In this document: in pieces, positions 61,741 to 64,000 of the stretch | How positions within the stretch are numbered: position 1 is the stretch's first letter | Layout of the letters: each line of letters opens with the position of its first letter | Origin: Octopus sinensis | Lineage: Eukaryota | Reading direction: 5' to 3' | Assembly (NCBI RefSeq): GCF_006345805.1 | Contig: NC_042999.1 | Location: 37,572,001 to 37,636,000, forward strand | Length of the DNA: 64,000 bases | Position numbers and translations under genes: made by a program | The notes under the pieces: model-generated | Databases searched by the model: none | What the model was told of the DNA's origin: nothing | Seen by the model: the letters and a program-made list of their open reading frames with translations, nothing else

Positions 61741-63903
61741 CATTCTCTCTTACCTGTCTGTGTTTGCCTTTCAAGTGCTGTGTTTTTACTGAGATCCCCC
61801 TTTTAGTAGAAAGAATAGCTATAACTCTTTGACTGCTATTTCTAAATTCGGTGTGTGGTGAGGCAATTCGTTGCTAAACCCTTAATTGCTTAGTATTACT
61901 ATATATATATATATATACATATATACGACAGGCTTCTTTCAGTTTCCGTCTACCAAATCCACTCACAAGGCATTGGTCGGCCCAGGGCAGAAGACACTTG
62001 CCCAAGATGCCATGCAGTGGGACTGAACCCGGAACCATGTGGTTGGTTAGCAAGCTACTTACCACACAGCCACTCCTGCGCCTATACCTGCTGAGTAATA
62101 TAAATATTTCCTTTCATAAGTTTCAAATAACTGGCAGTTGAAAAAAGATTGGGAATGTGTATCATATACGATACATGGATACTAGTGATGTATGCCCTGT
62201 GTATCTTGTGTGATACACAGGTAAAGCAAAGGATCAAAAAACTTAAGTAACATTAGATGTGCTATGTAGTAACACCTATTACTAACAGTTTAGTAACTGT
62301 TGAAAGACAAAATATTCTGTACCTCCTGGGTATAGAGAGTAATGTTCTAGAGATATTTGATGACTCAAATAAAACCTTGTACTTCATGAGATTTCAAATT
62401 ACACCCTTAACCCTTTTGATACCAAGCTGGCTGAAACCGGCTCTGGCTCTCAGTACAAATGTCTTGTTTTCATAAGTTTTGAATTAAAATCTTTCACCAA
62501 ACCTTAGTCACAATTTGTGTTCCTAATGTGTTCCTTAATGATAACCAAGTTATTTTACTAAATTCTTTGTAATATTTAAAATAATTGAAAGAAACACAGA
62601 GCAACTCAAAATAAATGCAGTAACGAAAGGGTTAAAGGACATGTTGGGTAATGTAATTCCAGATACACAATTTCTGAAAAAAAGGGTGGTTTGGTCAGAG
62701 CTAGAATATTTTCAATTGCAGACCTACAGGAACAGGGTCAACTTGAGCCTGAACAACAAGTTTCTCATGTTATGTAAAAAGTAGACTAAAAGATGTGTGA
62801 TACTATGTAGTAGTAGGATAAGAGCACTGATTGAGGAAGAAACACGAAGTAAGGATCGACTAGTCACGACTAGCTAGCGCGAGTACGCGAGTGCGCGCAC
62901 CGGGACCACTCTTCTTAAATAGTACTTGTAGAAAATTTGTTGGCTAAGTAAGCCTCGAAGGACAGCTATTGGAAAACTCCGTCGAATTTTTGAGGGAAAA
63001 AGTACAGTGTGGATTAACCATTTCTTACTGTGTCGATTCCAAGAGGGTTCTGAATTCAGAAAATAACAAAATATAGCGATGACATTTTCAGTACGACCAA
63101 GAATATTTATGATTTCTATGGGCCACAAAGTCTCAAGACAATGCGGGACAGACAGTACAAGGTCGAAAAAGAGACACGGTGGGGATATATACTGAGCAAA
63201 AGGGCGAAATGAGCAATAAGATATATTATTATTATTAACAATAAGGAATATATAAGGAACACCAAAATATGAACAACGATATAAAGGAAGGTCATAATTT
63301 CTATCACTAATGATTATTATCGTTGTTAATGTTATTTCTATTGATAATTTCTATAAATACAGAGTTTTCTGATCTCTAACTGATAATATTTTGGTGTGAG
63401 TAATCTCAAAATATTAATTATAATAGATAATTAGCAAGATAACTTGATAAATAAATATAAGGACAAGAAAATGAGAACAAGGGTGACAGGTGTACACCCA
63501 CCCATAAATGATAGCAATTAAAAGCAGAACATAAGATTTCCTTTCCTTTAACTCCCTTTTTTAGAGTCAGTCATTGAGAAGAAATAAATACGCCATTTCA
63601 TTTTCGTAGAGTCTTTCATTCCTGGTTAATTAAAAGTCAATATATATATATATGTAAAATACCTATCTAAACAAATAAAAAACTAGATAATTAGATACAG
63701 TAATAATCATGGTATATATGTATATATATAAGCAGAATTCAGTACAGTAGACAAGCATAAAAAAAGACGCAGACTGATAGTAAATGAAGTTTAAGAGTCA
63801 AGCCAAATTGAAACGAGTTAAAATACTGAAATAAATTACCTTTCTCTAAATCTTCAATGTTTGATATAACACTGACAATTTCTTGTCCACGTAAGCTCGC
63901 CAT
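23484..63903 (-). CDS. ATP6V1H: V-type proton ATPase subunit H, whole gene span (14 coding exons, 481 aa)
   Basis: Exons join in frame through GT-AG introns with consistent phases. Contains diagnostic V1H motifs [101 protein letters not shown]. Confidence 0.97.
24587..24947. mobile_element. Helentron/HINE-like non-autonomous element
   Basis: Subterminal inverted motifs ACCTTCACC / GGTGGAGGT and a terminal hairpin ACCTCTGCC...GGTGGAGGT. Confidence 0.45.
26886..26999 (-). CDS. ATP6V1H: ATP6V1H exon 13 ([38 protein letters not shown])
   Basis: tttgcag acceptor, gtaggt donor; ORF track 26882..27094. Confidence 0.98.
27058..27307. repeat. Tandem minisatellite, 3 copies of about 82 bp
   Basis: Unit AGATCCCTTAATTGGAGAACAGATAAGGGCTAGCAACAGGGGGATGAGGACACATCTGGGTGTAAAAAACCCCCAAAAAAC. 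Confidence 0.95.
28425..29085 (-). mobile_element. R4/Dong-like LINE fragment: CCHC knuckle plus PD-D REL endonuclease
   Basis: CRMC...[21 protein letters not shown]...CLIIDVTVP...KEREKVDKY; frameshifted. Confidence 0.8.
31228..31329 (-). CDS. ATP6V1H: ATP6V1H exon 12 ([33 protein letters not shown])
   Basis: ttccag acceptor, gtaagt donor. Confidence 0.97.
32794..32898 (+). ncRNA. Type-I hammerhead ribozyme with long stem II
   Basis: taac-CTGAAGA-gtggctatattta...taaatatagcccac-GAAA-cacgtg-TT-gtta; palindrome AACACGTGTT. Predicted cleavage after 32894. Confidence 0.85.
33472..33597 (-). CDS. ATP6V1H: ATP6V1H exon 11 ([42 protein letters not shown])
   Basis: ttttcag acceptor, gtgagt donor; hallmark C-terminal domain motif. 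Confidence 0.98.
34968..35225. repeat. (ATAC)n/(TA)n microsatellite
   Basis: Direct reading. Confidence 0.95.
35328..35414 (+). ncRNA. Type-I hammerhead ribozyme (one stem I mismatch)
   Basis: tgac-CTGAAGA-gtaagc...gcttgctac-GAAA-catatg-TA-gcca; palindrome ACATATGT. Confidence 0.75.
35666..35844 (-). CDS. ATP6V1H: ATP6V1H exon 10 (NLLEKTSE...[12 protein letters not shown]...SVQDLS)
   Basis: ttttcag acceptor, gtagaa donor; ORF track 35662..35976. Confidence 0.96.
37499..37583 (-). CDS. ATP6V1H: ATP6V1H exon 9 ([28 protein letters not shown])
   Basis: ttcag acceptor, gtaagt donor; conserved LSDIL.ESVKEKV.RIIL motif. Confidence 0.96.
37667..38222 (+). mobile_element. Same hammerhead-SINE family, with an inverted copy of the 3' end at its 5' side and a nested RTE-tail element (about 37814-38086)
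   Basis: 17-bp TSD ATTTCTCCATTAATACA at 37650-37666 and 38223-38239; tRNA head from about 37736. Confidence 0.8.
38524..39342 (+). mobile_element. Internally deleted piggyBac-like DNA transposon retaining the transposase C-terminus
   Basis: TTAA at 38520-23 and 39343-46; terminal inverted repeats (TIRs) CCCCTTAATGGAT / ATCCATTGAGGGA; coding remnant [22 protein letters not shown] and frameshifted Cys-rich tail (CAKC...CDVC...[11 protein letters not shown]). Confidence 0.85.
39969..40275. mobile_element. Long-TIR MITE with GG termini, 8-bp TSD and internal TTAGGG-like repeats (Merlin-like)
   Basis: TSD CTGAAAAA at 39961-68 and 40276-83; arms of about 110 bp; GGGTTAGGGTTAG and CCCTAACCCTAAC face each other inside. 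Confidence 0.8.
40337..40447 (-). CDS. ATP6V1H: ATP6V1H exon 8 ([37 protein letters not shown])
   Basis: tttcag acceptor, gtaggt donor; also seen in ORF track 40333..40551. Confidence 0.96.
41632..41729 (-). CDS. ATP6V1H: ATP6V1H exon 7 ([33 protein letters not shown])
   Basis: ttcag acceptor, gtgagt donor; conserved CLQ.MLR motif. Confidence 0.95.
42744..42848 (-). CDS. ATP6V1H: ATP6V1H exon 6 ([12 protein letters not shown]...[13 protein letters not shown])
   Basis: ttttcag acceptor, gtaagt donor; conserved RIIAK.A.WG motif. Confidence 0.95.
42909..43129. mobile_element. piggyBac-like MITE (TTAA TSD); second copy at 62411-62631
   Basis: TTAA-CCCTTTC...GAAATGG-TTAA; the two copies align along their length. 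Confidence 0.8.
44452..44565 (-). CDS. ATP6V1H: ATP6V1H exon 5 ([15 protein letters not shown]...[15 protein letters not shown])
   Basis: ttccag acceptor, gtgagc donor, in frame. Confidence 0.95.
47643..47732 (-). CDS. ATP6V1H: ATP6V1H exon 4 ([30 protein letters not shown])
   Basis: ttacag acceptor, gtaatc donor; conserved KTFINLM..I.K.QT.QYILT..DD motif. Confidence 0.95.
48602..48701 (-). CDS. ATP6V1H: ATP6V1H exon 3 ([16 protein letters not shown]...ETPMQ)
   Basis: tttag acceptor, gtata donor, in frame. Confidence 0.93.
49536..49617 (-). CDS. ATP6V1H: ATP6V1H exon 2 ([28 protein letters not shown])
   Basis: ttttcatcag acceptor, gtaagt donor; resembles the conserved RAN.VNWQSYLQ motif. 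Confidence 0.95.
50095..50390 (-). mobile_element. Full-length tRNA-headed SINE with hammerhead-bearing tail
   Basis: Head GGGCATATAGCATAGTGGTTAAGAGCGCGGGCTACTAACCCC...AGTTCAATTCC (A- and B-box-like), (AAT)n, body, hammerhead (core mutated to CTAAAGA). 10-bp TSD GTTTTGACTT at 50085-50094 and 50391-50400. Confidence 0.85.
56625..56964. mobile_element. Head-to-head inverted pair of hammerhead-SINE fragments
   Basis: Minus copy about 56625-56830 and plus copy about 56830-56964; 12-bp TSD CTTGTGTCTATA at 56613-56624 and 56965-56976. Confidence 0.8.
57240..57734. mobile_element. TTAA-flanked MITE (CTCTTTAGCATT...AATGCTAAAGAG) with nested family B insertion; related copy at about 36679-36907
   Basis: Terminal inverted repeats and TTAA on both sides. 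Confidence 0.7.
58096..58332 (+). mobile_element. tRNA-derived SINE family C (GAGCTGGCAGAAACGTTAG...GAGTTCAAATTCC...GTCGACTTTGCCTTTCATCC), representative copy
   Basis: B-box-like GAGTTCAAATTCC. Other copies, approximate. Minus: 23612-24015, 24040-24570, 39370-39806, 51010-51241, 54718-54930. Plus: 28080-28265, 29765-30510. Mixed orientation: 25350-26050. Confidence 0.85.
59414..60304 (-). mobile_element. Non-autonomous Helitron-like element, two tandem units (59414-59790, 59792-60304)
   Basis: Minus strand starts A|TC-TATATATATAAAA and ends ...GCAACGCCGGGCGATACTG-CTAG|T with a subterminal hairpin and no TSD. Confidence 0.75.
62411..62631. mobile_element. piggyBac-like MITE, copy 2
   Basis: TTAA-CCCTTTTG...CGAAAGGG-TTAA. 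Confidence 0.8.
63840..63903 (-). CDS. ATP6V1H: ATP6V1H coding exon 1 ([22 protein letters not shown])
   Basis: ATG in AACATGG context, donor G|gtaatt, phase 1 matches exon 2. The N-terminus is poorly conserved, so this exon is less certain. Confidence 0.75.
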
Positions 63904-64000
63904 GTTTACTTAATTTCACGCAATTCTTCAATTTATAATGAGTCGTGGTAGTTTGTTTTGCTTTTTAAAACTAATTAAACGATGTGTCTGAATGTTTACG

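Overview
AT-rich, microsatellite- and SINE-dense animal DNA; the SINE families and composition suggest an octopus or other coleoid cephalopod (inference). The one intact protein-coding gene is V-type proton ATPase subunit H (ATP6V1H) on the minus strand. I reconstructed it by hand as 14 GT-AG coding exons from ATG at 63903 to TAA at 23484 (1446 nt, 481 aa). The rest is tRNA-derived SINEs, RTE-tail elements, R4/Dong-like and RTE LINE relics, piggyBac-, Merlin- and Helitron-like non-autonomous elements, and simple repeats. Most ORF-track entries are microsatellite or SINE artefacts. The most unusual signal is a set of minimal type-I hammerhead ribozyme motifs (CUGANGA...GAAA...palindromic stem III...UH) in several distinct repeat families, often in inverted-repeat arrangements next to (TA)n, which is typical of Penelope-like elements. 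One family is a tRNA-headed SINE with a hammerhead in its tail, and two of its copies inserted with Penelope-style inversions and long target-site duplications (TSDs). Also noted: a candidate poison exon in ATP6V1H and a candidate spliced non-coding transcript downstream of it. All folds, alignments and coordinates were read by eye; repeat boundaries are approximate.
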